Source of the DNA: Candidatus Undinarchaeota archaeon | GTDB lineage: Archaea > Undinarchaeota > Undinarchaeia > Undinarchaeales > UBA543 | Assembly: GCA_964636545.1 (NCBI GenBank) | Contig: CAZWSR010000004.1 | Coordinates: 9,524-73,523, forward strand | DNA: 64,000 bases | Reading direction: 5' to 3' | Shown here: positions 1-9,636 of the stretch, in pieces | Numbering within the stretch: the stretch's first letter is position 1 | Layout: every line of letters starts with the position of its first letter | Translations under genes and position numbers: made by a program | The notes under the pieces: model-generated | Databases searched by the model: none | What the model saw: only the letters and a program-made list of their open reading frames with translations | Told to the model about the DNA's origin: nothing

Positions 1-203
1 CTCCTCAAATGCATCCAATGGTTCATATTGAACTTGTTGCAAAAGAGGAAGCAGTTGAAGTTAAATCAGATAAAAAAGAGGGAAAAACTCCAGAAAAGGA
101 ACCAAAAACAGAGAAGAAAGAAGTTTCTAAAACTGAAGAAAAAAAACCAGAAGAAAAGAAAGAACAGAAACCCAAAACCCCAACTAAGGAGGATAAATCA
201 TAA
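1..203 (+). CDS. rpl22: 50S ribosomal protein uL22, 3' part (gene starts before the window)
   Basis: VHIELV C-terminal motif followed by a K/E-rich tail; lies directly upstream of rps3, as in the S10 operon. Confidence 0.8.
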   Translation, partial: PQMHPMVHIELVAKEEAVEVKSDKKEGKTPEKEPKTEKKEVSKTEEKKPEEKKEQKPKTPTKEDKS

Positions 204-979
204 TGGCAATTGAAAGAAAATTCATTCACGAGCAAATAAAGAAGCTCAGGATAGATCGGTATATCCACAAAGAACTAGAAAGGGTTGGTTGTGGAGATGT
301 TGAAGTTAAAAGAACTCCATTAGGAAACCGTGTAATAATCCACAGTACTAAACCGGGTCTTGTGATTGGAAGAAAGGGCAAAAATATTGAAATGCTTACA
401 AATGTGCTAAAAAAACGATTCAAAATGGATAATCCTCAAATTGAGGTTCAAGAAATTACTAAATCTGAATTTGACCCTGATATAATGGCAAAACAACTTG
501 CAGGGTCACTTGAACGTGGTTTCCACTTCCGAAGATCGTCTTACAGTTTGCTAAGGCAGATCATGAAAGCTGGCGCACTTGGTTGCGAGATTGGAATCTG
601 CGGAAAAGTAAGTGGTGGACGATCACGAACTGAAAAATTCAAAGAAGGTTACATTAAACACTGCGGAGACACTGCAGACAAATATGTTAAAGAATCTGTA
701 ACTCAGGCAACACTTAAAGCAGGTGTTCTTGGCATTAGGGTCAAGATTACACCACCAATGGAAGGGTTGTTTAATGAGCTTCGGTTAACTGAGCCAAAAC
801 CAAAAGCAGAAGACAAAAAACCAGAAAAAATCGATGAAAAAGCTGATAAAGAGAGAGAAATGCAAGAAAAGGCTGGTAAAGGAAATAAGAAACCAGAAAA
901 AAAAGAAGACTCCAAAAAAGAAGCTTCTGAATCTAAAGATCACAAATCCAAACCTGAAAAGAAGGAGGATAAGAAATAA
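203..979 (+). CDS. rps3: 30S ribosomal protein uS3
   Basis: KH domain KPGLVIGRKG, GCEIGICGKV, KAGVLGIRVKI; operon position. Confidence 0.97.
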   Translation: MAIERKFIHEQIKKLRIDRYIHKELERVGCGDVEVKRTPLGNRVIIHSTKPGLVIGRKGKNIEMLTNVLKKRFKMDNPQIEVQEITKSEFDPDIMAKQLAGSLERGFHFRRSSYSLLRQIMKAGALGCEIGICGKVSGGRSRTEKFKEGYIKHCGDTADKYVKESVTQATLKAGVLGIRVKITPPMEGLFNELRLTEPKPKAEDKKPEKIDEKADKEREMQEKAGKGNKKPEKKEDSKKEASESKDHKSKPEKKEDKK

Positions 980-1191
980 TGGCCGTGATACGAACCAATG
1001 ATCTAAGGACTCTTAGTGAAAAAGAACTTGATAAGAAATTGGTTGAAATGAGAAAAGAAATCACAAGCCAACGTGCCAAAATCGCAGCCGGCGGTACACC
1101 TGACAATCCTGGTAAACTCGCTGAAATGAAAAAGCTAGTTGCTAGAATAAAAACAATTGCAAAGGAGAAAAAATACAAAATAGATGAGTGA
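979..1191 (+). CDS. rpl29: 50S ribosomal protein uL29
   Basis: NPGKLAEMKKLVARIKT motif; operon position. Confidence 0.95.
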   Translation: MAVIRTNDLRTLSEKELDKKLVEMRKEITSQRAKIAAGGTPDNPGKLAEMKKLVARIKTIAKEKKYKIDE

Positions 1192-1486
1192 AATTTGCAA
1201 CATATGTGGATTACCCAAAGAAATTTGCGGATGCAAAGAACGAGCATTAGAAACACAAGGCGGAATCAACGTCTTTACAGATAAGAAGCGTTACGGAAAA
1301 ATCGTAACTTTCATATCTGGAATAGATCCTGATTCAGTTGGAGGCGGCCTAAAGGGATTCCTGAAGCAGCTGAAAACCAGTTGTGCTTGCGGCGGTGCCA
1401 TCAAACCAGAAGGCCTCATGCTGCAAGGCGACCACAAAAAACGAATCGAAGAAAAGCTCCGTACAATGGGTTTCACCATAGGATAG
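1184..1486 (+). CDS. translation initiation factor SUI1/aIF1
   Basis: CNICGLPKEIC N-terminus, KRYGK.VT, CACGG, LQGDH; archaeal position after rpl29. Confidence 0.93.
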   Translation: MSEICNICGLPKEICGCKERALETQGGINVFTDKKRYGKIVTFISGIDPDSVGGGLKGFLKQLKTSCACGGAIKPEGLMLQGDHKKRIEEKLRTMGFTIG

Positions 1487-1494
1487 GACAGATA

Positions 1495-1773
1495 ATGGTA
1501 ATAACACCTGAAACTCTGCCCAAACACGAGCTAATAGGCCTGACACTCGAGGTTGTGCAAAGCACAGACCCTGGCCAAATTGGTATCAAAGGGCAAATCA
1601 TTGGCGAAACAAAGAACACATTGGAAATTCAAACATCTGAAAACGTAAAAATGGTGCAGAAAAAAGGCACAGTTTTCAGAATCATGCTCAATGGCAAAAA
1701 AGTGGATATCGATGGCGATATCTTACTCAAAAGTCCTGAGGAACGAACAAAAACACTGGTAAAAAAATGGTAA
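1495..1773 (+). CDS. rnp1: ribonuclease P protein subunit Rpp29/Pop4
   Basis: ITPETLPKHELIGL, GIKGQIIGETKNTL, PEER; start moved to ATG 1495. Confidence 0.93.
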   Translation: MVITPETLPKHELIGLTLEVVQSTDPGQIGIKGQIIGETKNTLEIQTSENVKMVQKKGTVFRIMLNGKKVDIDGDILLKSPEERTKTLVKKW

Positions 1774-2072
1774 GTAAACAAGAATGCACAGACAAGAACT
1801 GCCCCTTGCACGGTAAAATAAGCAAGAGAGGATTTAAGCTAGAGGGAACTCTAGTTTCAGATCGCATGAAAAACAGTGCAGTTGTTGAAGTGTTAAGAGT
1901 TAGAAAAATACAGAAATATAAAAGGTATGAGAAAAGACGAACCAAAATACACGCACATAACTCTGCTTGTATTGGTGCTAAAACAGGAGATTCCGTTATT
2001 GTACAGGAATGTGCACCAATAAGCAAAACCAAATCATTTGTCATAATTAAAAAAACAGGAGCAACTGAATAA
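1767..2072 (+). CDS. rps17: 30S ribosomal protein uS17
   Basis: CTDKNCPLHG, KYKRYEKRRTKIHAH, ECAPISKTKSF. Confidence 0.96.
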   Translation: MVSKQECTDKNCPLHGKISKRGFKLEGTLVSDRMKNSAVVEVLRVRKIQKYKRYEKRRTKIHAHNSACIGAKTGDSVIVQECAPISKTKSFVIIKKTGATE

Positions 2073-2500
2073 TGGGAAAAGTAAGGAAGAAACTAAAAGT
2101 TCACGTAAAAGTGAAAGGGAATCTGTCAAGGCCCCTTACAGCGAAGTCCAGATTGACTTGTGCTGACAACACTGGTGCAAAAATCCTTGAAATAATCACA
2201 GTTAAAGTTCACAAACGCAGAAAAAGACAGATGGCAAAAGCAGGCATAGGCGACATGGTAATGTGCTCTGTAAAAGAAGGTTCACCAGATATCAAAAAGC
2301 AGGTTGTTCCTGCAGTCATAATCAGGCAAAGAAAGGAAATATTCCGTGCAGATGGTACTCGAATGAAATTTGATGACAATGCTGCAGTTATTGTAACGCC
2401 TGAAGGTGAATCAAAAGGTAGTGAAATTAGAGGTCCTGTAGCTAGAGAAGCTGTCCAGAAATGGTCTGGAATAGCTAGTGCAGCGAAATTGGTGGTATAA
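2072..2500 (+). CDS. rpl14: 50S ribosomal protein uL14
   Basis: CADNTGAK, AVIIRQRK, FDDNAAVIV, GPVAREA. Confidence 0.97.
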   Translation: MGKVRKKLKVHVKVKGNLSRPLTAKSRLTCADNTGAKILEIITVKVHKRRKRQMAKAGIGDMVMCSVKEGSPDIKKQVVPAVIIRQRKEIFRADGTRMKFDDNAAVIVTPEGESKGSEIRGPVAREAVQKWSGIASAAKLVV

Positions 2501-2502
2501 AA

Positions 2503-3012
2503 ATGAAAACAAACTGGTCAAACACTTGGAAAAAATCTGTTCAACCAAGAAGACAGAGGAAATACCTAATCAAAGCACCATTGCACGTAAGGCATAAATT
2601 ACTTTCAGTTCATGTTGACAAAACTCTCAGAGAAAAAATAAAGAAACGCGCAATTCCTGTTCGAAAAGGTGATGAAGTCAAGGTTATGCGCGGAAAAAGA
2701 AAAGGGATGAAAGCAAAAGTTGTATCAATAAATACAAAAAAGAAATTTGTTTTCCTAGAAGGTCAGACACGTGAAAATATTCGAGGCACAAAAGTGCTTA
2801 TCCCATTCAGTCCATCAAACCTGCTTTTGATTACTATGAAAGATGACAAAAGAAGAAACAGGCAGGGAAAAAAGGTTGTGAAAACAAAACCAGTGCCAAA
2901 AACTGAAAAGAAAGTTGAGAAAAAACCAGAAAAAAAAGAAGAAAAAGTTAAGAAGAAGGAAGAGAAAAAGAAAGAAGCCCCAAAAACCCCAACTAAAGAG
3001 GTAAAAAAATGA
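2503..3012 (+). CDS. rpl24: 50S ribosomal protein uL24 with K/E-rich tail
   Basis: SVQPRRQRK, APLHVR, PVRKGDEVKVMRG, PSNL. Confidence 0.96.
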   Translation: MKTNWSNTWKKSVQPRRQRKYLIKAPLHVRHKLLSVHVDKTLREKIKKRAIPVRKGDEVKVMRGKRKGMKAKVVSINTKKKFVFLEGQTRENIRGTKVLIPFSPSNLLLITMKDDKRRNRQGKKVVKTKPVPKTEKKVEKKPEKKEEKVKKKEEKKKEAPKTPTKEVKK

Positions 3013-3680
3013 GCCACTTAAAAAGATTAGCAGCACCAAAAACATGGAATATCTCTAGAAAAGATAACACTTTCATAGTTACACCTAACCCAGGACCTCA
3101 CAAAAAAGAACACTCAATACCATTAGTTGTTCTAATTCGTGATATGATTGGAATAGTAGACAATGCAAAAGAATGCAAAAATATCCTCCATACTGGACAG
3201 GTCTTAATTAATGGAAGAAAAAGACGAGAAAATAACTATCCAGTTGGTTTAATGGATATTATTGAATTACCGCTTACAAAGAAATCATACAAGCTTATGA
3301 TCAGCACCAAAGGAAAACTATTTGCGAAAGAACTTGAAAAATCTGAAGACAGAATGTGCAGAATTGAAGGAAAAACAATTCTTGCAAACAAGAAAGTACA
3401 GCTTAACTTGTTTGGTGGCGAAAACATAATCATTGATAAAGATGAATACAAAGTTGGAGATACAATAAAACTCGATGTCAAAGATAGAAAAGTAAAAGGG
3501 AGTGTTGTGCTCAGCAAAGGTGTACCTGCATTAATTATTGGTGGAAGCCACGTTGGCGAAATCGCAGTAATTAAAGGTATTGACAAGAGTATTGCACCAA
3601 CTGAAATCATATTGGAGGATGAGAGCCAAAAAGAGATACGCACACGCTTGTACAATGTGTATCCAATTGAACAAAAATGA
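3009..3680 (+). CDS. rps4e: 30S ribosomal protein eS4
   Basis: HLKRLAAPKTW, PGPH, YPVGLMDII, GGSHVGE. Confidence 0.96.
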   Translation: MSHLKRLAAPKTWNISRKDNTFIVTPNPGPHKKEHSIPLVVLIRDMIGIVDNAKECKNILHTGQVLINGRKRRENNYPVGLMDIIELPLTKKSYKLMISTKGKLFAKELEKSEDRMCRIEGKTILANKKVQLNLFGGENIIIDKDEYKVGDTIKLDVKDRKVKGSVVLSKGVPALIIGGSHVGEIAVIKGIDKSIAPTEIILEDESQKEIRTRLYNVYPIEQK

Positions 3681-4174
3681 AAGAAGTAAAAATCGCAAAA
3701 GTTACAGCAAATATTGGAGTTGGTGAATCTGGTGACAAGCTTCAAAGAGCAGAGAAGCTTCTAGAGGAACTTACAGGTCAGAAACCGGCAAGAGGGGTTG
3801 CAATGGCAACACATCCTGAATTCGGTGTTAAACGGTACTCTCCAATTGGTACAAAAGTTACACTCAGAAAGAAAATCGCAGTTGATTTTCTAAAAAAAGC
3901 ACTTGAAGCTGTTGAAAACAAGGTGCAAAGAAAACAATATGATATGCACGGAAATCTCTCATTCGGAATACACGAATATATTGAAATGCCTGGTGCAAAA
4001 TATGATCCAGATATTGGTATGTTTGGATTAGATGTTTCAGTTAATCTTGAAAGACCAGGATACAGAATCTCTCGCAGAAAAAAACATCCTGCCAAAATCC
4101 CAGCACGATCACGCATAACAAAAGAAGAATCAGTAGAATTCTTCAAGAAAAACTTTGGAGTTGAAACAGAATAA
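3677..4174 (+). CDS. rpl5: 50S ribosomal protein uL5
   Basis: NIGVGESGD, PIGTKVTLR, GNLSFGIHEYI, YDPDIGMFG. Confidence 0.97.
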   Translation: MKEVKIAKVTANIGVGESGDKLQRAEKLLEELTGQKPARGVAMATHPEFGVKRYSPIGTKVTLRKKIAVDFLKKALEAVENKVQRKQYDMHGNLSFGIHEYIEMPGAKYDPDIGMFGLDVSVNLERPGYRISRRKKHPAKIPARSRITKEESVEFFKKNFGVETE

Positions 4175-4320
4175 TGACAAACAGAAAACACGGAAAAGCA
4201 ACAAAAAAATGCAGGCTCTGCAACAGCCACGATCGCGTGATACGAAAATACAATCTGTATGTTTGCGGAAGATGTTTCCGTGAAGTAGCACCAAAAATGG
4301 GCTTTAAAAAATATTCCTAG
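4174..4320 (+). CDS. rps14: 30S ribosomal protein uS14 (48 aa, not in ORF track)
   Basis: Manual translation MTNRKHGKATKKCRLCNSHDRVIRKYNLYVCGRCFREVAPKMGFKKYS; CxxC...CxxC; lies between rpl5 and rps8. Confidence 0.95.
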   Translation: MTNRKHGKATKKCRLCNSHDRVIRKYNLYVCGRCFREVAPKMGFKKYS

Positions 4321-4331
4321 GAGATAAAAAA

Positions 4332-4721
4332 ATGTTACACGATCCACTTGCAAACGCACTCAACAACCTGAAGCTGTATGAAAAAACAGGAAAGAACGAC
4401 TGTGTTATTACTGTAGGGTCTAAATTAATAGAACACACCCTCACAGCAATGAAAGACAGCGGTTACATTGGAAGTTTTGAAAAGACAATGGAAGGAACAA
4501 TTAAACAATTCAAAGTAAAACTCATTGGAAAAATCAATAATTGCGGCGTTATAAAGCCACGATACCCAGTAAAAACAGGCGAAATAGAGGAATATGAAAA
4601 ACAATACTTGCCTGCAAAAAACTTTGGAATCCTACTCATCAGCACACCACAAGGTATAATGACTCATACAGCTGCACGAGAAAATAAAACAGGGGGCATA
4701 TTGTTAGCTTACGTTTACTAA
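4332..4721 (+). CDS. rps8: 30S ribosomal protein uS8
   Basis: DPLANAL, INNCGVIKPR, ISTPQGIMTH, GGILLAYVY. Confidence 0.97.
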   Translation: MLHDPLANALNNLKLYEKTGKNDCVITVGSKLIEHTLTAMKDSGYIGSFEKTMEGTIKQFKVKLIGKINNCGVIKPRYPVKTGEIEEYEKQYLPAKNFGILLISTPQGIMTHTAARENKTGGILLAYVY

Positions 4722-4722
4722 A

Positions 4723-5253
4723 ATGGCAAGTAAAAACATCAGAACAATGGAAGTCCAAGAAGGAGTGGATATCACTTTAGATGGGTCTATTGTTAAAGCA
4801 AAAGGTGCAAAAGGCGAGCTTTCAAAGCTGCTTCATTACCCTGGTGTTACAATCAAAAAAGATGGAAATACAATTACAATTGCTTCAAAATACACAGGAA
4901 AAAAACCAAATTCAGTTGTTGGAACATTTGAATCACATATCAAAAACCTAATGCAGGGTGTTACAGAGGGCTACGTTGCAGAACTTAAAGCAGTATTTGC
5001 TCACTTCCCAATCACAATAAAACAAAATGAAAATGTGATAGAAATCCAAAATTTCCTTGGTGAAAAAGTGCCAAGAAAAGGAAAAATCCATGGCGATGCT
5101 CAAGTAAAAATACAGAAAGACATTGTCACAATTGAAGGCATAAACAAGGAAGATGTTGGACAAACAGCTGCAAATATTGAGCTGGCAACTCGTGTGAAAA
5201 ACCGAGATATTAGGGTATTCCAAGATGGTGTATATATCACCAAGAAACCATGA
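4723..5253 (+). CDS. rpl6: 50S ribosomal protein uL6
   Basis: AHFPI, NFLGEK, VGQTAANIE, DIRVFQDGVYI. Confidence 0.97.
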   Translation: MASKNIRTMEVQEGVDITLDGSIVKAKGAKGELSKLLHYPGVTIKKDGNTITIASKYTGKKPNSVVGTFESHIKNLMQGVTEGYVAELKAVFAHFPITIKQNENVIEIQNFLGEKVPRKGKIHGDAQVKIQKDIVTIEGINKEDVGQTAANIELATRVKNRDIRVFQDGVYITKKP

Positions 5254-5639
5254 CTGAAAACAAAGAAAATATTATCAAAGTGAGAAAAGAGCTTTTGTCT
5301 AAACTGAAAAAGAAAAACGTCACGTTCAGAAGGCAGAACTTCTGGAGATTTAAACGTTTAAAGAAAACATGGAGAAAGCCAAGAGGCCGAACTGGAAAAG
5401 TAAGGCTTAAAAAAGGTGGAAGAGTTCCATCACCAGGCCCAGGATACGGCAATCCATCTATTATTAAACACTTACATCCTAGCGGTTATGAAGAAGTATA
5501 TGTTTCATGTTCAAAAGATATGGCAGAAATTGATGCAAAAACACAAGCAATTAGATTCAATGGTACACTTGGAAAGAAAAAGAAAGAAGTGTTGTTAAAA
5601 GATGCTGAAAAAGCAGGAATAAAGGTACTAAATCCATGA
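5250..5639 (+). CDS. rpl32e: 50S ribosomal protein eL32
   Basis: FRRQ, WRKPRG, HPSGYEEV, GIKVLNP. Confidence 0.96.
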   Translation: MTENKENIIKVRKELLSKLKKKNVTFRRQNFWRFKRLKKTWRKPRGRTGKVRLKKGGRVPSPGPGYGNPSIIKHLHPSGYEEVYVSCSKDMAEIDAKTQAIRFNGTLGKKKKEVLLKDAEKAGIKVLNP

Positions 5640-6070
5640 AGACACAGAAAAGACTAGCTGCAAAGATCTTGAAAATTGGAAAAAGCAAGGTCTGGATTGA
5701 TCCTGAAGCAAAGGAAGAAGTAGCTGGTGCAATGACTCGTGGTGATATTAGGAAATACATTGGTCTTAAAATGATAAAGGCTAAACCAAAAGTTGGAAAT
5801 TCAAGAAGTCGAATTCGAAAACGAGCTATTCAGAAAAAGAAAGGAAGACAGCGCGGTCATGGCCGAAGAAGAGGAAGTGCAAATTCACGGGAAGCAAAAA
5901 AAGACAAGTGGATGATGAAAATTCGTGCACAAAGATCAATACTTAAGAAATTAAGAGATGAAGAAAAAATAACTACTAGCGTTTACAGGAAAACATATCG
6001 TCTTGCAAAAGCAGGAACATTCAAGAGCAGGGCGCATATTTTAACCTATCTTAAGGAAAATACAGAATGA
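5636..6070 (+). CDS. rpl19e: 50S ribosomal protein eL19
   Basis: QKRLAAKILKIG..KVWIDP, WMMKIRAQR. Confidence 0.96.
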   Translation: MKTQKRLAAKILKIGKSKVWIDPEAKEEVAGAMTRGDIRKYIGLKMIKAKPKVGNSRSRIRKRAIQKKKGRQRGHGRRRGSANSREAKKDKWMMKIRAQRSILKKLRDEEKITTSVYRKTYRLAKAGTFKSRAHILTYLKENTE

Positions 6071-6582
6071 AATCAAAAAGACCAAAATCTTTCAAACGGA
6101 GAAAACAAAGTAAAACAAACTACAAGCGAAGGCTAGGTTTACTGAAATCACGCAAACCAAGATTAATTGTTAGAAAAAGTTTGAATAATATTCGTGTTCA
6201 GATTGCTGAATATTTAACAGATGGAGATAAAATAGTTGCAAGTGCAATTTCCAGTGATTTAAAGAAAGAAGGTTGGAAATATAACTGTGCAAATCTTCCA
6301 GCAGCATATTTAACTGGGATGCTTTGTGGTTCCCGCGCAATAAAAGCTGGAATAAAAGAAGCAGTGCTTGATATTGGTTTAAATGAGCCAATAAATGGTT
6401 GCAAGATATATGCAGCACTCAAAGGGGCAATTGACGCAGGATTACAAATTCCACATAGCTCAGACGCATTTCCAAAAGAAGAGCGTTTAAATGGGGCTCA
6501 TCTTCAAAATCAAAAAGCAGACGAAGTAGCTAAAGCTATTGAGCAAATCAAAAGCAAATTAGCAGGAAGTAAGAAAGAATGA
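6067..6582 (+). CDS. rpl18: 50S ribosomal protein uL18
   Basis: KTNYKRRL, RLIVRKS, NLPAAYLTG, LKGAIDAGL. Confidence 0.96.
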   Translation: MKSKRPKSFKRRKQSKTNYKRRLGLLKSRKPRLIVRKSLNNIRVQIAEYLTDGDKIVASAISSDLKKEGWKYNCANLPAAYLTGMLCGSRAIKAGIKEAVLDIGLNEPINGCKIYAALKGAIDAGLQIPHSSDAFPKEERLNGAHLQNQKADEVAKAIEQIKSKLAGSKKE

Positions 6583-7373
6583 GACAAAAAAGACCAAGAC
6601 GACAGAGGCGTGAGGAAGCACCAAAAATATGGAATCCAATTACTGAACTTGGTAAATCTATTAAATCAGAGAAAATTGATAGTATTGATACAATCTGGGC
6701 ACGCGGACAAGTTATAAAAGAGCCAGAAATTATTGATTTTTTCCTTCCAGGAATTGAAGAGCGCATACTCAAAATCGGAAAAGGTAAAAGGCCATTCAGA
6801 TGGGTTCAGAGAATGACTGATTCTGGTCGAAGAAGCAAATACGTTGTTGCTGCAGCTGTTGGAAACAAAGATGGTTATGTTGGTGCAGGCGTTGGTCGTG
6901 CAAAAGATTACGGAACAGCAATCAGCAGTGCAATAAGAAAAGCAAAACTCAATATCATTCGTGTTGATCGTGGCTGTGGTTCTTGGGACTGCGGTTGTAA
7001 TGAAGAACACTCAATTGCAACAGAAGTAGATGGAAAATGCGGAAGTGTTTTAATTAAATTAAAACCAGCACCACAAGGAACTGGATTAGCTGTTAGTGAT
7101 ACTTCAAAAGATCTATTAGAACTTGCTGGAATTTCTGATGTTTGGTCAATGTCTCGCGGACACACTGCAACAAGAACAAATACAGCTCTTGCAACATTTG
7201 ATGCTCTTAAAAATCTTTCACAAGTTAAACTCTTAAAGGAAAGAAAAAGGAAAAAGAGAGTTGCTCCAAAGGTTGAGGCAAAATCAGAAAAATCAACTGG
7301 GGCAAAAGAAGAAAAAACTGAGAAAAAGTCAGAAACAAAACCAACAACTCCTGTAAAAGAGGTTAAGAAATGA
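6579..7373 (+). CDS. rps5: 30S ribosomal protein uS5
   Basis: WNPITELG, VQRMTDSGRR, GCGSWDCGC, PAPQGTGL. Confidence 0.97.
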   Translation: MRQKRPRRQRREEAPKIWNPITELGKSIKSEKIDSIDTIWARGQVIKEPEIIDFFLPGIEERILKIGKGKRPFRWVQRMTDSGRRSKYVVAAAVGNKDGYVGAGVGRAKDYGTAISSAIRKAKLNIIRVDRGCGSWDCGCNEEHSIATEVDGKCGSVLIKLKPAPQGTGLAVSDTSKDLLELAGISDVWSMSRGHTATRTNTALATFDALKNLSQVKLLKERKRKKRVAPKVEAKSEKSTGAKEEKTEKKSETKPTTPVKEVKK

Positions 7374-7726
7374 AATTAGCAGCAATTAGAATCAGAGGAG
7401 AGGTAAGGAAAACCCCTGATCTAGTTGAGACACTAAAAAGTTTGAAGCTTTTACACAAAAATCACTGTGTTATTGTTGAAGATATTCCACAGACTATGGG
7501 AATGTTAAGGCGTGCAAGTGGTTACATTACTTGGGGCCCAATTAAGGAAGACTTGCTTAAAGAACTTGTTGAAAAACGAGGAACTGAAAAAGATCAAACA
7601 CATTTCAAACTCAGTCCACCAAAAGGCGGTTTTGACCGTGCAGGAATTAGAAAATACAGAAAAATGAGGGGAGCTTGCGGACACAGAGGCGAAGACATTG
7701 AAAAGCTTTTGCGGAGGATGATTTAA
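7370..7726 (+). CDS. rpl30: 50S ribosomal protein uL30 (short form)
   Basis: AAIRIRG, GYITWG, LSPPKGGF, LLRRMI. Confidence 0.94.
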   Translation: MKLAAIRIRGEVRKTPDLVETLKSLKLLHKNHCVIVEDIPQTMGMLRRASGYITWGPIKEDLLKELVEKRGTEKDQTHFKLSPPKGGFDRAGIRKYRKMRGACGHRGEDIEKLLRRMI

Positions 7727-7727
7727 A

Positions 7728-8183
7728 ATGGCATATTCAAAAATTAGACAGCACCGTGGCAGAAAGAACTGTGGAGGACACAAGAAAAAGCGCAGGGGTG
7801 CAGGAAACCGTGGAGGTCGTGGAAATGCTGGAATGAGCAAGCATAAATGGACTTGGGTTACAAAAAATAATCCAAAATACTTTTGCAAGCCTAGTATGAA
7901 GCCAAAAATGGACAAGCCACCAGTGCTTAACTTAACTTACATCAGCAAATTAATACTCTCAGAAGATAAAAACGAGTTTGATCTTAGCAAATATAAGATT
8001 CTAGGCAAAGGCAGCATTACCAAAGCAGTTACAGTCAAAGCTCTAAGCTTTTCAAAGCTAGCTGAAGAGAAGATAAAGAAAGCCGGGGGAAAAACAGAAA
8101 CTTTATATGCCCCTAAAACAGAACCTGAGGGAGAGGAAAGGGATCAGGCAGCAGGCAACGGGGATCAGGATAACAAAAGCTGA
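7728..8183 (+). CDS. rpl15: 50S ribosomal protein uL15
   Basis: RGAGNRGGRGNAG, KILGKG, AEEKIKKAGG. Confidence 0.96.
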   Translation: MAYSKIRQHRGRKNCGGHKKKRRGAGNRGGRGNAGMSKHKWTWVTKNNPKYFCKPSMKPKMDKPPVLNLTYISKLILSEDKNEFDLSKYKILGKGSITKAVTVKALSFSKLAEEKIKKAGGKTETLYAPKTEPEGEERDQAAGNGDQDNKS

Positions 8184-8210
8184 TACCCGAAACCCGATAC
8201 CAGATACCTG
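8140..8210. repeat. palindromic heptamer array, class 2 (GGTATCA-like); left arm inside the rpl15 3' end
   Basis: gggatca-ggcagca-ggcaacg-gggatca-gg / loop / c-tgatacc-cgaaacc-cgatacc-agatacc. Confidence 0.8.
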
Positions 8211-8226
8211 GAATAGGTGTTGCTAA

Positions 8227-9636
8227 ATGTCATTTAAGTCTATACTACAGTCACTACCAAGCGTTGCTAAGCCAAGCAAGACTCTCGGTTTTAAAGATAA
8301 AATTAAATGGACTACAATAACACTTGTTACATTTTTTATTCTTGGAGAAATTGCACTTTTTGGAATTGAAAGCGGCGCAACTGGTGATATTTTTGGTGAA
8401 TTACGAGTCATTATGGCTAGTAAGTTTGGTACCATCATAACTCTTGGAATTGGTCCAATTGTTATGGCATCCATTATCTTGCAGTTACTTTCTGGAGCTG
8501 GCGTATTCAAATTTGATATGTCTACACCGGATGGAAAAGCAACTTATCAAGGTGCTCAGAAACTTCTTGCAATTGCGTTCACAATATTTGAGGGTGGAAT
8601 TCTTGTAATATCTGGACAAATAGCGCCCTCGTCAGCATTTGTCAGTTCTGCGGGAGCACTCATTGCGAATTTAGTAATAATGCTCCAGATACTAACCGGA
8701 GGTATTATTCTATTATATTTAGATGAAATTGTTTCAAAGTGGGGTTTTGGTTCAGGAATCGGGCTCTTTATTGCATCTGGTGTTTCTTATGAAATTATAT
8801 TAAGGGCAGTTGATCCAATGCGTTTGGGTGTTGGACAACCAATTAATGGTGCAATTCCCGCATTTATTTCCTCATTTGCTAGCGGTTCTATTCAATTTTT
8901 AAGACAATATCCAAATGATATGTTGGCCCTGTTTGCTACAATTTTGGTATTTATGGTAACTATGTATGCTCAAAGTATCAAAGTTGAAGTGCCGATTTCA
9001 TATGGTCGAGTCAGAGGTTTATCAAGACGCTATCCACTTCCATTAATTTATGCTTCAAATATGCCAGTTATTTTCATTGCAGCATTGCTTGCAAACTTCA
9101 GGTTCTGGGTTGCGATTTTGCAAAAAATGGGCATTAAATTCTTCGGATACTTTGATCCTAGTGGAGGTGCACATGGTGCAATTTCATATATTTTACCATA
9201 CAACCGCTTTGTCAAAGATATTTTCTTCCAAGCAGTTGGTGGCCGTGAGCTATTGCATGCAGGCGTTTATATCACTGTGATGATTTTCGGTTCAATTTTA
9301 TTCTCAAAACTCTGGGTTTCTGTATCTGGAATGACTTCAAAAGATTTGTCGCAAAAACTTGTGAATTCAGGAATGCAAATACCCGGTTTCAGAAGCGACA
9401 CTAGAGTTATTGAAAAAGTACTTCAAAGATATGTTCCTTATTTGACTGTTCTTGGTGGAGCATTTGTTGGTTTGCTGGCTGCAGGAGCTGAAATGACAGG
9501 CGCTCTTGGTGGTGGTACAGGTGTACTGCTTACTGTCGGTATTATCTATCAGCTTTATCAACAAATTGCATCTGAACAGCTTATGGAAATGCATCCAGCA
9601 ATAAGGAGCTTTATGGGAGAAGGGGGAATAATATAA
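8227..9636 (+). CDS. secY: preprotein translocase SecY/Sec61 alpha
   Basis: LGIGPIVMASIILQLL, SKWGFGSGIGLFI, YASNMPVI, GMQIPGFR. Confidence 0.97.
   Translation: MSFKSILQSLPSVAKPSKTLGFKDKIKWTTITLVTFFILGEIALFGIESGATGDIFGELRVIMASKFGTIITLGIGPIVMASIILQLLSGAGVFKFDMSTPDGKATYQGAQKLLAIAFTIFEGGILVISGQIAPSSAFVSSAGALIANLVIMLQILTGGIILLYLDEIVSKWGFGSGIGLFIASGVSYEIILRAVDPMRLGVGQPINGAIPAFISSFASGSIQFLRQYPNDMLALFATILVFMVTMYAQSIKVEVPISYGRVRGLSRRYPLPLIYASNMPVIFIAALLANFRFWVAILQKMGIKFFGYFDPSGGAHGAISYILPYNRFVKDIFFQAVGGRELLHAGVYITVMIFGSILFSKLWVSVSGMTSKDLSQKLVNSGMQIPGFRSDTRVIEKVLQRYVPYLTVLGGAFVGLLAAGAEMTGALGGGTGVLLTVGIIYQLYQQIASEQLMEMHPAIRSFMGEGGII

Noticed and set aside
3236-4359. Long minus-strand ORFs (169 and 193 aa) over ribosomal protein genes
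   Set aside because: Antisense shadows of conserved genes, with no recognisable motifs
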